Assembly: GCA_020137815.1 (NCBI GenBank)
Contig: CM035351.1
Span: forward strand, 5,394,001 to 5,458,000
Direction of reading: 5' to 3'
Length of the DNA: 64,000 nucleotides
From: Hormiphora californensis
Lineage: Eukaryota; Animalia; Ctenophora
A program made the position numbers and the translations under genes. The notes beneath the pieces are model-generated. The model was not told where the DNA came from and did no database searches. It saw only the letters and a list, made by a program, of their open reading frames with translations. This document shows positions 1 to 13,576 of the stretch, piece by piece (the first letter of the stretch is position 1; every line of letters begins with the position of its first letter).

Positions 1-1940
1 CCCCATACATCTCATAATACTCCTCATAGTGCTCCTGGAGAAAGATATGTGTGATGTGATGTGTGAAATCATATCTTGCTATGTGAAATCATATATCTTT
101 TTAAGAAGTGGTTGTATTGGATTACACATATCATAACTGGAGTTGCGTCATCGTAGCAGGATTATAATATTCGGGGTATTTATTTTCGTCAAGGAAGTGT
201 TTAGACATTGTAAGCTAGAGGGTTCCAGAGAATTAGGGAAAGTAATCTACCATTAATGGGTTATGAGGAGATAATGCAGGCGTGCCACAGACCCGGTAAC
301 GAACATAAAATCAATAGAGCATGGGCCGTGATGTGATAAAAATATCCGAATTATATATGAGATGCTGCAAAAGTGCACATTGATTCCATGTATTGGGTGG
401 GCCTGAAGTGCAGCATTAGGATAAGAAGAGGTGATCTAGTGCTGTACCAGTCCAAGTTCAGTCATCAACTGCAATCCACAGTGATCTATCGCACATACCA
501 TGAGGAATGAGAGAGCGAGGGAAGGGTGGTTCCTGATTGGCTGATAACCAGTCACGTGACGTAAATAACGAGTTCTGATTGGTTGTTTACTGGTTCCTGT
601 CACATACCATGAGGAATGATAGAGCGAGGGAAGGGTGGTGGTAGGACACTGCAGATATCATCTCGTATTTACTTTGTCTCGGTAGCCAGTCCTCTTTCAA
701 TGAACCTGTCAAGAGTGCAGTTCACATTATACTAGCTAAATGTGTCCAGAGCTTTTAGTTTGATGATGTTTCATCAATCATCTAGCTGATAATAATCATA
801 TGTCAGTTCAACACTGTCAGAGCATTGGCCTGACAGGTTGAACATAATTTCTTGACATCAAGATGACAGTATCAGTTACTACAAGATATAATTACCTTCT
901 AGTAGTTTATCAATGATGTCTGTGTCATCAGTAGCTGCTAAACTCCTAAACAGAACTAAATTCCTGGGGTATTTTGCCTTCCTAGCCTCCTCCCAAACCA
1001 CGCCTGTCTGATTCATATGCACCACTGCATATGTCAGGGCATCTTGATCTAAACTCCTCTTCCTGTCCTCCAACCAGGCATTATATTCTGCCCGGTAAGC
1101 GCCTACCAGACCAGGTACCTCGAATACTAGCCCGTACTGTTGGAGGGCACCCCGAACCATACCCGCCGTTATGGAGTAGTCTTTGGGATGTGTGTGTAGA
1201 GCATTCTCTATCAGCCCACCCAAAAACCTGGGGGAGGGAGGGGGTCACAGATCTGATATTGAATATAGGACTTCGTATCCTAGCTTAGAATTGAATAATC
1301 TATTGAATAATGCAGCTTCATGCAGAAGACGGGCGTCAAATGGGAGATAATAAGATATTATCTTCGTCAAAAGGGAGATATTATCTCCTCTCCATGGAAA
1401 TATATCATCTCCTCTCTTCTTCTCTTTGTGTGCTCTGGCTTACCGGCGGTATCTAGTGCGGGTTGATCCGGCTGACAAGTTGTCTGAGACAGTCCCAAGG
1501 AATGGTAGCGCTTGGCTCCACACCATGTAGGATCGATCGACTGGCAGGTACCTGTGTCAGTGGGTACATGATGGTTACATTGGTCACTTTGAAAGTTTTA
1601 TTTAGCCCTGGCTATCCCATGAGAAAGACCAACCATGATACGCCATCAATCAAGGGTATTGTACCTCATCTATCCACCTACCTCTTCAGTCTCCATCTAC
1701 CTGCTCTCAACCTACCTCAATAGGTCCAATGCCATGGTAACAGGTCTTCGTTGGGTGGTAACCATGGCAATAATATCAGACACAATTCCTGCCCGGTCGT
1801 CTGTTGTAAAGTGTCGCGTGTGGTTCCTACCCAGCTCCCGTACAATAGCGCTGAGTGAGGGAGAAATGTGTGAGATAGATATCAAGTGACAAGTCCTATC
1901 TCCTTGTTTTATGGAAGGAAAGAGAGAGATAGGGGAGAGT

Positions 1941-1989
<49 letters not shown>

Positions 1990-4900
1990 GGGAGAGTTAG
2001 AGAGAGAAAATGAGAGAGATTTGCAGTGAATGATACGCCTTGTAACACAAATTACTGAGTCAGCTCCTTTTACCAGCGATTTGTCTACTTCTGTTTAGCA
2101 AAGTCTGCAGCTTTTATAATAACAGCTTTTTGTTTATTATTTTCAGTTCTATTCTAAATCATAAATTTTAGCTTCTAGAACCTTCCTTGCCTTGCTCGGC
2201 CCTGTCTCGCAGCTGGGGTGTGCACAAAACAAAATCTTCCATAGTTCTACTACGTATTATTTCAAGCTCACCTGAATGAAGGTTCGTCATAATCTGTTCT
2301 GAAGAACATGGTAGCGTTGACATTAATCTTAACAAATCGGGGTGGGTAGTTAAATGACACAACTTTAGTCCTCGTCCTCATCATAAAGGTATGAACACGA
2401 CCCCGGTTGGTCTTCAGTGTGACATATATGGGCCATTTATCCCGAGGTGGTTTCCCGTTCTCCACGTATCGTGTCTGGTGAAGTCGGTACTTCCGGGGTG
2501 AGAGTTTGGTAACCTTGACAACGGGGTAACCAGACTTGGTCAGCCAATCCCGCATAATCGAGGAGATATCGAGGTCCTCAACTGAAAAATATCCCATGTC
2601 AATATGTCAATATTCATATTACCTTTTAATTGTGTCGTTATTATATCCTTTCGATTCTCGGTGACCTAATTTATTTTCTATACATAGATATCGTAGACTC
2701 ACCTACAGCTTCCATGCTTGATAGGAAATCGTCCATTGAGGCTGAGCCGTACTGGTAGTCTCGGATATACCGGGATATACCCATCCTAAACTTTTCTGGG
2801 CCAACCATCGTCCTGAGGAAAGTATCGCAATAGTTTGATTATTGATATCTTTTAGTAATGAGGAACTTGATAACATGCTACAATATATGATCCGTGCTAT
2901 CATGATCCCCCTTAGCAGCCCTCCCCTTTACTCAACAAGCTCTCCACCTACTTGAGCATGACGAGAAGGGAGGCACCCTTTGTGTAACTGATCGCATCGA
3001 ACGCCGCTGCAGTCTTCTTCTCATCTGTAATATTCATTGATACAGGATGTGTAGTAGCTGCACTATCATACTCCAATGCAGTAAACTGGGATAGCGGCAA
3101 CAGGGCACTTTTAACATCCTCCCTCCAACCTTTTTCCTGAAACGTCGAGAGAAAAGAGATGGTGTTTTTCAGGTAGTAAAGATGCAGTGTGTTTTTCTGC
3201 TGGGAGAAAGGAATGTGTTGACGCTGTTCAATTACTGCGGGCGTTGAAAGGGAAAAGACGTGAAGCCTTGCTCTATCTCCTCTTTCTACGATATTTCCCC
3301 GGCGTCAACTACTTTTTAGTTGTGACCAAGCTACTTAACATTTTAGTGGGAATGTGTCTTTTGTCCGGTAAATGTTTTGAGTTCGAGGCCGTACCAGCAG
3401 CTCTAGAAACTTCTAAAAACTCATTTTGCCCTCCCTAATGTACCTGTTCGAGAATTGCCTCCATGGCTGTGAACATTAGAAGCTGAGCGGCGCCCTCCTT
3501 GAGCCAAAGATCATTCCATGTTGTTATGGAAACGAGGTCCCCAAACCACATATGGGCCACTTCGTGAGCCATTAGCGCCCTGTGAAGGATAAAATTTAAT
3601 ATCCCATAGTAGTTCTGCCGCCGTATATATTCTTGAACAGCGATCAACAGTTAGAAGAGTTTTTATACATAGTCGGATATGGTATAATTAGGGAGCTAAG
3701 ATTAAATTCTCCACTCTCTCTCTCTTTCTCCCTCCCTACACCTACCTTTGGAGTATGGCGACATCAGGAGGGGTGTTATCCGTAGCATAAAATATATCGT
3801 CTCTGACCGTGATGAGACCCCAGTTTTCCATACCTCCGATTACGAAGACACCCAGTGGCATTATATCCAGCTTCGGCATAGGGTATACCCGACCTAGGTA
3901 GCCCTCGAAAAACTCTATACTCTGAGATTGGGAGGGGGTAGCGAGTCAATTTGCACGCTGGATTTAGTGTGAGCTGATCTGTTATACTACTACTCAGTTA
4001 TTCATTTGAAAAGCGCTGCCTTATCCCGCGCTGCGGGGGCCATCAGCGTTTGCCAAGTTATTCACTGTCTTTCCAGGCCCCCTTTTGATTCTCGAGAGTT
4101 CGCTCAGACCTAGGTGATTCAGAGAGTGTAGTGTCTCAGATGAGCACCAGACATGTGCTATTCAGAGCTATACTAGTGTGCAATGTCTCACCTTGGCAGC
4201 AGTGTTTAGACCCTGGACTGCAGCTCCTGATTTTCCCGGTTTATGCCATGCCCTCACCAGGGTACCCCGGGAGGTACGAGTAGAAATCTCCTCAAAATCC
4301 GTCACCGCAAAGGCCAGTAGATAGGTGCTGAAAGGAATTGCATGCCTGTAATAACGTTTACTGGCATTGGAGAATGCAGCAAACAGTTACCTGCATTCAC
4401 TAAACACAGTGCAAAGAAAAATGACAGGCTATAAACTATTACTGGAATTATTCCTAACAGTATTCTGCAGAAAAAAAGCATTTTGAACCCTGCAGTGAGA
4501 TGAGATATCTAAAAACTATATACTCAAGTAGACTCTACCGTAGAGAAAGCAGTGTGTACCCGCACGGAGCGTTCGGGTCTAGTTCAACACCAAGCTTGCT
4601 TGTGAAACCTCATATTTACCTCATAGGGGCAAGTATTGGGGGCTGTTTTTACCTCATAGGGGGTGTTGTTTGAAACTCTGTCCTCACGATGCTGCTCCTC
4701 ACCCTCCTACTTCTCTTACTGGGCATGTTTCCCACCGCTCTATAGCTCACACTGTGGTCAATAGACACACTGAATGTGGCCTTTAGGTGGGGCTTGTCAA
4801 AACACGGGTAGGCACTTCTAGCGTGAATGGGCTCAAAGTGAGTTGCTACAACAGTCCTCTCAATGCCGTCAGGACCTTGATATCTCTCCATAAAGATACC

Positions 4901-6190
4901 CTGTAACTGTAAAGAGGGTGCAGTGGTTAGCGGGTGATTAGAGGGTGGTTAGAGACGTGGTAAGAGAGTGGTTAGGGGTGATTAGAGGGTGGTTAGAGAC
5001 GTGGTAAGAGAGTGGTTAGGGGTGATTAGAGGGTGGTTAGAGACGTGGTAAGAGAGTGGTTAGGGGTGATTAGAGGGTGGTTAGAGACGTGGTAAGAGAG
5101 TGGTTAGGGGTGATTAGAGGGTGGTTAGAGACGTGGTAAGAGAGTGGTTAGGGGTGATTAGAGGGTGGTTAGAGACGTGGTAAGAGAGTGGTTAGGGGTG
5201 ATTAGAGGGTGGTTAGAGACGTGGTAAGAGAGTGGTTAGGGGTGATTAGTGGGTGGTTAGAGGTAGTTAGGGGTGGTTAGAGGGTGATTAGAGGGTGGTT
5301 AGAGCGTGGTTAGAGGTAGTTAGGGGTGGTTAGAGGTGGTTCGTTTGATAATGTGATCAGTAATCTTCTTTCATTCCTCATTGGAGTTCCTTACCTCCTC
5401 TTTAATGCTGGCTCTATACTGTATTCTCAGGTAGTACTCATTCGGTGTAAACCCGCCACCACCTCCCCCATCTTCAGTTGGTTTTATCCTTAATTCCTCA
5501 TCACTCAACTCGTAGGTGGATCTCACGTATCTCCGGGATTCCCCCTGAAATATATCGTTATGACGTCATATTGTTATGATTTGTTGTATCAACTAAAGTT
5601 ATGACGTCATATCACCTTTGTGGTGAGGTGGTCCTAGCCCTACTGTTCTACTAAATTTGGACGTGCTCTAAGGAAAACGTTTCCTTTTGACACGAACCCG
5701 CCTCCACGTGTTTTCCTACTATCTGTTTTGCCGCTTTCACACCCTCTAAACTTTCATCTTGTGAAAAATCCTTGAAGCATGACAAAGAGACAATTTTAGC
5801 ACTGTCAAGTTTGTGTGTTATCTAACTTCAACCCTCGAGTGTTCTGGTCCCTTCTACCTTGATCTACCCTCACACTGCCACACAACTTCTATACCTGGTA
5901 TAGAATTGCTCTGGCAAAGTCACACAACTTCTACCTGGTATAGAATAGCACTGGCAAAGTCACACAACTTCTACCTGGTATAGAATTGCTCTGGCAATGT
6001 CCAGCTCCTTAGCGTTTAGTGTAATAGTTGGCGAGGGGCTGAGCAGGGTAAATGATACATCTGTATGTCCTGAGAAGGTCCCATCGAATATCGAGAAGGT
6101 GAGGGCATAGGAATGGACGTGGACATCTGATATCTCCCCAAGAACAGTCAATGGTAATAGAAGGACGAGGATTATGTGGTTCAGTAGCAT
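1..6190 (-). CDS. Secreted M1 family zinc aminopeptidase (aminopeptidase N/ERAP-like), multi-exon, 3' end beyond window start
   Basis: Signal peptide [18 protein letters not shown] (exon 5975-6190). Further exons at ~5395-5544, 4652-4908 ([18 protein letters not shown]), 4193-4328 (STYLLAFAV), 3746-3922 ([15 protein letters not shown]), 3444-3579 ([17 protein letters not shown] = HEXXH-X18-E), 2949-3137 (catalytic Tyr in AISYTKGA), 2704-2813, 2272-2597 ([10 protein letters not shown]), 879-1227, 608-706 and 1-34. GT-AG boundaries seen at most junctions. Confidence 0.93.
492..639. mobile_element. 70-bp short interspersed element (531-600) flanked by a 39-bp direct duplication containing an exon end and splice donor
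   Basis: cacataccatgaggaatga(g/t)agagcgagggaagggtggt occurs at 492-530 and 601-639. The insert tcctgattggctgataaccagtcacgtgac...ctgattggttgtttactggttcctgt carries two CCAAT-like motifs and a gtcacgtgac palindrome. Confidence 0.75.
4920..5340. repeat. 44-bp minisatellite (~7 copies plus degenerate subunits) in aminopeptidase intron
   Basis: Unit agagggtggttagagacgtggtaagagagtggttaggggtgatt; gatta recurs at 4936, 4980 and 5024. Confidence 0.95.
5879..5997. repeat. Three tandem ~40-bp copies of the exon-1/intron-1 junction of the aminopeptidase
   Basis: cacacaacttctacctggtatagaattgctctggcaa repeated at ~5879, 5921 and 5961. Confidence 0.9.
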
Positions 6191-6684
6191 GCTAAATGTA
6201 TCTGAGGAGGTCCGAAATAGAGTCCCTCGTGAGTAGGTTGTAATTGAGTCGGGAAAATGGGCAACAACAAAAAGAGGGGATCAAGCTCGGTGAAAATAAG
6301 AAGCAACTCTTTAGTAATACGACAGCAAGGCAGTACAGTTTCGATTGGGCGATAATACACACAGGTGCAGGTGTATTGTTGAACAAAAGAAGGGAGCGTG
6401 TGAGAGAGAGAGGGGTGTGAGCAATTCAAGGGTATAGTGCAAAGTAACTCCTGGCTAAACTGATTGGGCAATGCACAGAGTAGGGAGACGAGAGAGAGGG
6501 AGAGAGAAGGAGAGAGAGAGCATAGATCCATATATGGTTTGAAGATTGGGGGAGGTATAGTTTAGTTCTATAGAAGCGGGCCATCTGCTGTCCCGTACAG
6601 ACCTGATCATGTATTGCTGCACACGCATACCACCCGCAAGGAGTTATCGGAAGAGGGAGTGAAGAGTGAAATTGCGGGGAAGAT

Positions 6685-6870
6685 GGGAGGGGAGAAGTTG
6701 AGAGATGGTTGGAGGGAAGAAGGGAGGGGAGAAGTTGAGAGATGGTTGGAGGGAAGAAGGGAGGGGAGAAGTTGAGAGATGGTTGGAGGGAAGGAGGGAG
6801 GGGAGAAGTTGAGAGATGGTTGGAGGGAAGAAGGGAGGGGAGAAGTTGAGAGATGGTTGGAGGGAAGGAG
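6685..6870. repeat. 37-bp purine-rich minisatellite, 5 copies
   Basis: gaagttgagagatggttggaggg recurs at 6694, 6731, 6768, 6805 and 6842. Confidence 0.95.
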
Positions 6871-7163
6871 GGAAGGAGGGAGGGGTACAAGTTACAACAT
6901 ATGCAAAAAATAGAGCCAGATATTTATACCTATCAACAAGATATTCTACCTGCAACTAAAATTGAGGGAGACGGAAAGAGAAGGACGAGGAAATAAACCT
7001 CATTGTCGATTATTAATTTGGTCGGGACGGCGGGACGGCGTAGCGACCGTTCGGGTTCTTTTTCTCTCTCGTACCTTCTCTCGTTCTCTCTCGTTCTCTC
7101 AAGTCTCAGTCGCTCTCTCTCTCTCTTTCTCTCTCTCTCTATCTATCTCTCTCTATCTCTCTT

Positions 7164-7226
<63 letters not shown>

Positions 7227-9432
7227 CTCTCCCACTTTATTTCTCTTTCCGTCTCTTCTCTTTTGCATCAGTGCGCCCGTTATCTCTTAGGAACTTATTC
7301 GTCGAATATTTGCTGAAAATATTATTTGCACCGCTAATGACGACGAATTTGAATTATCTTATACTACGAAGAGAGAGAAATAAAGAGATGGGAGGGTAAG
7401 TAAAAGAAATTAGTTGATCAGCTAGACCATAAATGATTATTGTTGTTGTCGTTTAGGTGCACAGTTTAACAAGCATCAACCAGCACCCTGATTATATTGA
7501 TCAGAAATGTTGGGAAGGCGATAAGTAAGAGTAGAGGAAAAGAAAGAGAGAGAGTTTGGTAATACTAACTACTAGGCCGATGGAAAGGTCATTTAAGAGG
7601 GTGCATTAGGGGAGAGAGAGAGAGAGAGAGCTATTGGCATGTTTAAGTGGTCTATACACGCACTTATAGTTGTAGTAAAACTCACACACATAAAGTTGTG
7701 TGCGGTAACTCTCAGCCACTATATGAATGGTTTTTTGATGCACCTTGTGAGACTGTGGGAGAGATTGTGAGAGAGATATGTAGACGGTAGGAGAGTGAGA
7801 AAGGAGATCAGATAAACGATATAGGTGGTAGTAGGAACAAGCACGAAACAAGCACACAGCTGCGGAAAAACGAGAAAGGGATCACTAATTATTGTCTGTT
7901 GTAAACTAGCTATATATCGACCTACTTTCCTAGCACGTACAACAAGTAAAGACTGGTAGGGGATGTAAGAGAGAGAGGGGACATTTTATGTGTTCAAATT
8001 AGGAGATCCTATAGGGTGAGGGAGGATGGCATGCTATATAATAACATCGGCTGTAAAAAGCAACACCGTGTAGATTGACATATTGCCTGTGTCCCTCTAT
8101 CTCTTTCTATCTCTTTCTGGTGTTGACCTCACATAGCGCGAAGTAGACTATTAATCACTGAAAGAGTAGCTTACCAAGAATGGAGTATGATGATGAAAGT
8201 CAAAGAGGGGCAGCAATAGAGGGATAGATAGAGAGGGAGAGAGGGAGGGAGAGTGGCTCTGTTTCAAACATATATTGGTTGAAGCAGAAGCAATCTAAAC
8301 TCATACTATATGAACATGGGTTCACACTATATGAACTTGGGTTAGAGTCTGTGCATCCAGTCCAATATATTTATAGTGCTACCACGAGAGATAGAGAAAG
8401 TGAGAGAGAGAGAGAAAGTGAGAGAGAGAGAGAGAGAGATAGAGAACGAGAAAGTGAGAGAGAGGGAGGGTGGGAAAGGGAGGGGCTCATATAGCTGAAC
8501 TACTACTATAGCGTCGCTAGAATGAAATGAGCAGGGGCATGGCACCATGATAGACACATGGCGATTGGCGAATGAATGAAATAGTTTACACTAACAAAGG
8601 CCGGTTGCAAAAACTAAAACCATTTGATCTATGTGGCACTTTCACTGAAGCTCGATCAATGACCTGTTATTACAAGGTGACAACTACTGCAGTCATTACC
8701 CTCTCTCTACTACAGCTAGTAGTAACAGAATTACTCTAGCTCAAGGTGCCAAACTGTCTAGGCAACTCGATAAATCCATCGGCCCAGGTGGTAGTACATT
8801 TAACTGTACATTTAACTGATACATTATAGACACCTGTGACTTTCAGGGCTGTAGTTTGGGTCGACCAAATGTTCCTGTCTCTATAACTGTATTTTGGGAT
8901 ATTTCTCCCTCTATCCCTCTGATTTTTAAACCAGGAAAGGAATAGACGTACAGAATTAGAAGTACAGAAGTAAAACTACAGTCACTATACAGAAGGGACA
9001 ATTACAGTGGTCTAATAGATGATTAGTGAAGTACTTAATTACACAACTGGTGTCGAGTACACGACACAGTCCCGGCGGCCGAAACAGTGCCGGTAATTGT
9101 GATGTGATGGCCTGGAAGGTGCACAAGGAAGTAAGTCCAGCCGTAGGGTGAACTAACTAGTTAGGAAGGTGTGTACTGAAAAAAGGGGGTGGGCGGTATC
9201 TTTAGGCAATAGCAGGTTGTCCAACAAGGGCGGCAAGACCTATAATATTGGTGAACAATATCTGCTGTTTCCTCTCACTTATCACATTGTTCAGTAATGG
9301 TAGAAACAACCACCTGCATCGGCCAGTTGTCCTAACTGTACACTTCCTCCTTTCTTTTTCACACTATACATATTGACCCTGAGAGTGAGATTCATGTCCC
9401 AATTATGACCCTGAGATTCATATAGCTCCTCG

Positions 9433-9870
9433 ATTCAACCCTCTAGTTCTGGTGGCCAGGCTGGGTCAATATCTCTCCCATTCAACCCTATAAATCTGGT
9501 GGCCAGGCTGGGCCAATATCTCTCCCATTCAACCCTCTAGTTCTGGTGGCCAGGTCGGGTCAATATCTCTCCCATTCAACCCTAGCTTTGGTGGCCAGGC
9601 TGGGGCAATATCTCTCCTATTCAACCCTATAGTTCTGGAGGCCAGGTTGGGGCAATATCTCTCCCATTCAACCCTCTAGTTCTGGTGGCCAGGTCGGGTC
9701 AACAGCTCCCCCATTCAACGCTAGCTTTGGTGGCCAGGCAGGGTCAATATCTCTCCCATTCAACCGGCCCAATCTAGTTCTGGTGGCCAGGCTGGGGCAA
9801 TATCTCTCCCATTCAACCCTCTAGTTCTGGTGGCCAGGTCGGTTCAATAGCTCCCCCATTCAACCCTAGC
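9433..9870. repeat. ~47-bp minisatellite, ~9 copies
   Basis: Unit ctagttctggtggccaggctgggtcaatatctctcccattcaaccct; no unique spacers. Confidence 0.93.
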
Positions 9871-10855
9871 TTCGGGAAGGGAGGGAGGGAGGGTCGAACA
9901 AGGCAAGCTTTGGTGGCCAGGCAACACTAGCCCCCTCCCGAACCTCTCTCGTTATCAGCCCCCTCCTCTCAGAGTAGAAACACAGACAGTGTATGAGACA
10001 CCCTGTAAAGGGTGAGGAGGGACACCCGCCCTCTCTCAATTTTATCCTAATTTGAGGGTTCAGGTGGCACATGTCCCTAGCTCTGCATATATGATTAGCA
10101 CCGCCTTTTATTATGTGTGCTAGTAGTAGTAGTAGCCTAGTACTAACATTATGAGACGTCCCCGTACTAGCTGGTTAGCACTTGTTTCTATCCCCTCTCT
10201 CTCAGCCCCTCTCTTTCAGGCCATATCTTTCTTTATATTTATTATTTCTCTCTCTTTCTCTCTCTCTTTCTCTCGCTATGATCCTCTTCTCTCTCCCATA
10301 TATGCTACTATAGAATATGAAATATGAATTCACGGACCATGACTTACTAACTTACCTGAGACCACAGCTCGTGGGGGTATCTCTTTACTTTGTAGTACTA
10401 CTTTAGCTCTAATCCCTCTGAGAGATTTATTGTGAGCCTTGCTTTCTTTCTTGAGTGCTGTCAGGCCATGCTCTGACAGTTCTTTGTTAAGTGTCGTGTT
10501 CTCAAAACCTCGCCGTATCTATCTGAAATTTAGGAAATTTGTTTAGTGCGGTGGCTTCTGGGAAATTGGATAACTTCCTCGACTTCTCCCATCAATTTGG
10601 AGCCAGGCCACCAATTGTACCCCTTATTGGTGAAACCCCACAACTGCAACAGGGGGTGTGTCAACTATCCAGGGAGAGAGAGAGTGCATGGGCCTGGAAA
10701 TTCAATTTACCCCCCTGCTTTGAGAGCGTCCGTGTTCTGGATGCAGTACCGGTCAGCTTCTGACCCTTTCTCTCTCTACCCCCCCTCTCTCTCTACCCCC
10801 CTCTCTCTCTACCCCCCCCCCTCTGACCTCTCTCTCTCTCTCTCTCTCTACCCCC

Positions 10856-10944
<89 letters not shown>

Positions 10945-11562
10945 CCTCTCCCTCCCTCTCTCTAAACGTGCAAATATACCATGTCCCTCTAAATTAAACC
11001 TCCCCCTAGTTTGAGAACTACAAGTTATATTTTTCTTTGCGTAACATATACCCATCATACACCGGCCCTATAAAAAACTCAGTCACTGACTAAACAGGCC
11101 GCGTTGAAGCTTGTTTTCCTCTCTCTGTCTTGTAAAATAGGGAACATGGGTAACCGCACTGATATTGATTGATTTGCCCTTCCCGCCATCCCCATCTTCT
11201 GCAGCCTATATCTCGTTCTGTCCATGAACCCCAGTACCTGCTTGTTACCCATGTGCAGGACTCTATCATTATACACCCGATAGCAAATCCCACACCCTGT
11301 GTGTTACAAGTACCTCAACTTTTTCACAGGTCACGTGTTGCACGATCATGTGTGGAGCACCAATGACAGAATCAGAGAACGCTTTCTGATCTCTCTCAAA
11401 TTGAATCGAGTAGAGCTTTTCTTTTGTGTTCCCATATATCTATCCCAATCTCTCTCTCTCACTAGCCCTTTTCACTTCGCACCGATTACACACGTGAGAG
11501 ACACCAGCCTTGCTTGTCTGATGTCCCTTCGTGTTGCGTGCTACAAGTATTTCTCCAGCAGA

Positions 11563-11830
<268 letters not shown>

Positions 11831-12072
11831 AAATCAGAGGTGCCGCTTCGTATGAGTAGCACTGCAGACACACTTGCAGAATAGAGTTATGTTAATTTTC
11901 CGATGATAACGTGATAAGATTTTATTGAACTTGATATCTGTTTCAGTGCCTGTGCAACTGCATGCATAGATCAATGATGGTTCTCCAATGTTGTTAAAAC
12001 AGTTCTCCTTTCTATTTCCAATTCCTACCGCCATTCGCCCCGCTAAAGTAGAACTGAAATAGTCAGGGGAGG

Positions 12073-12110
<38 letters not shown>

Positions 12111-13576
12111 GGAGGAGAGGATCGGGGTGATAGAGGGTGCATGCTGGGAGTTATGTGATCACATGATAGGGCGAAGTAGCGAGTAAACCGAGAACGTGGA
12201 AGAAATAGAGAATCTAGCATGAAAGAGTGAGAGAGGGAGTGAGAAATAGGTAGTGAGGGAGAGAATGAGAGGGAGAGATAGAAAGAAAGATAGATAGAGA
12301 GAGGGGGATCATGCTAGTTCACCAGTAGGGGGATCATGATCAAGGAAGGAGAAAGTATTAGCTGAGTAGCGAGTATGACGTGTGAAGATCTCTACACAGA
12401 CCGCCCCGCGTGGTGAACCGATGGAATTTGTACCACGTGCGTGAGGGGTCCTCAAAACTTCTTGCAGCCCTTGCAGCAGCAGGAGCTTCTAATGCTCCCC
12501 CTCCCCTTTACACCATCTCTCTGTAATCCGAGATGACGCGTTATTTCCTCTATCTCGTCGTCGTGCAACCTGTGTCTTTTCCTGTCCGTTTCATCTCTAC
12601 CTCCCTCCTTCTCTATTTCTCTGATTTGCTGTTCCCTATTCTATTTTTTGGCATTTTTACCCTGCCTCTCTCTCTCTCTCTCTCAGGCTCTCTCTTGTGT
12701 TTCATAGCCTCCCTCTCCGTATATTTTTCTCCGTATATTTTTGTCTCCTTGTCGGATTTTTTTCATGCTCTCTCTCTCCCTCGTTTTGCAAGTTAATTGT
12801 AAGAGAAGTCAAGACACAGACTCAGAAAAAAGATAATGGCTTGTGTTTCCCCTCTTCTCCTTTTTCTTATCAATTTTTCACGTTTTCTCGACCTTGTAAA
12901 GTGCGGTATGCATTCTTTGACTGCCGCAGCTGAAACTTGTATTACACCGTTAAAGGAGGGCCACTCGCACGACAAAAAGGACCTGATGTAAACCTCTGAA
13001 GTCCATGATTTTACCGCTCAAGCCACTTCTAGCTTTACTCCTATCTCTACTAATTTTAATTATTGTTGTCTCTTAATTTTGCTGTTGCCCTGTTTTCTAT
13101 GGTCCCAATTTGCCCTTTAATATGATGCTTCCTCAACAGATATAATAATCCAGATGGCAGATATTATATTGTCGATGACATGCTGTCAGGGTATATTTCT
13201 CAACAGCATATCTTGCTTTAAATTTTCTCAGATTCTCCTCTCTTCTTCATCCTTTTCTCTCTCTCTTGTGTCTCCTCGCCTTTTTATTATATTTTCTACC
13301 CTCTTGATGCCCTACAAAGCACTATTCAACACATTTCCCTTTAGTGACAGGATCAGCCCCACACGGAGATGTAGCTTCCCCTGATCACGCCAAGTACAGT
13401 GAGAGTGAGCTACGTCTCGGAGAAAATCAGGGGGATAGTGATCAACTGCCGCCCGGGGTTTGAATTGTTCACATACACACCGGACACAGTGTCAGGCGAC
13501 TCAACGCGGGGAGAAAATCGGAGAGTGAACTGCCGCGGGGCGTGGAATTAATATCTCCCGTGTGTTGCTACGGAAT

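Noticed and set aside
4920-5340. True telomere or chromosome-fusion scar
   Set aside because: Only scattered TTAGGG units within a 44-bp period, inside an intron of an intact gene.
6426-6955. Pro/Ser/Leu-rich 154-aa and 103-aa ORFs
   Set aside because: They arise from the 37-bp minisatellite.
9433-9870. 47-bp repeat array as a CRISPR-like locus
   Set aside because: Units are contiguous with no unique spacers, no cas genes are present, and the context is eukaryotic; it is an ordinary minisatellite.
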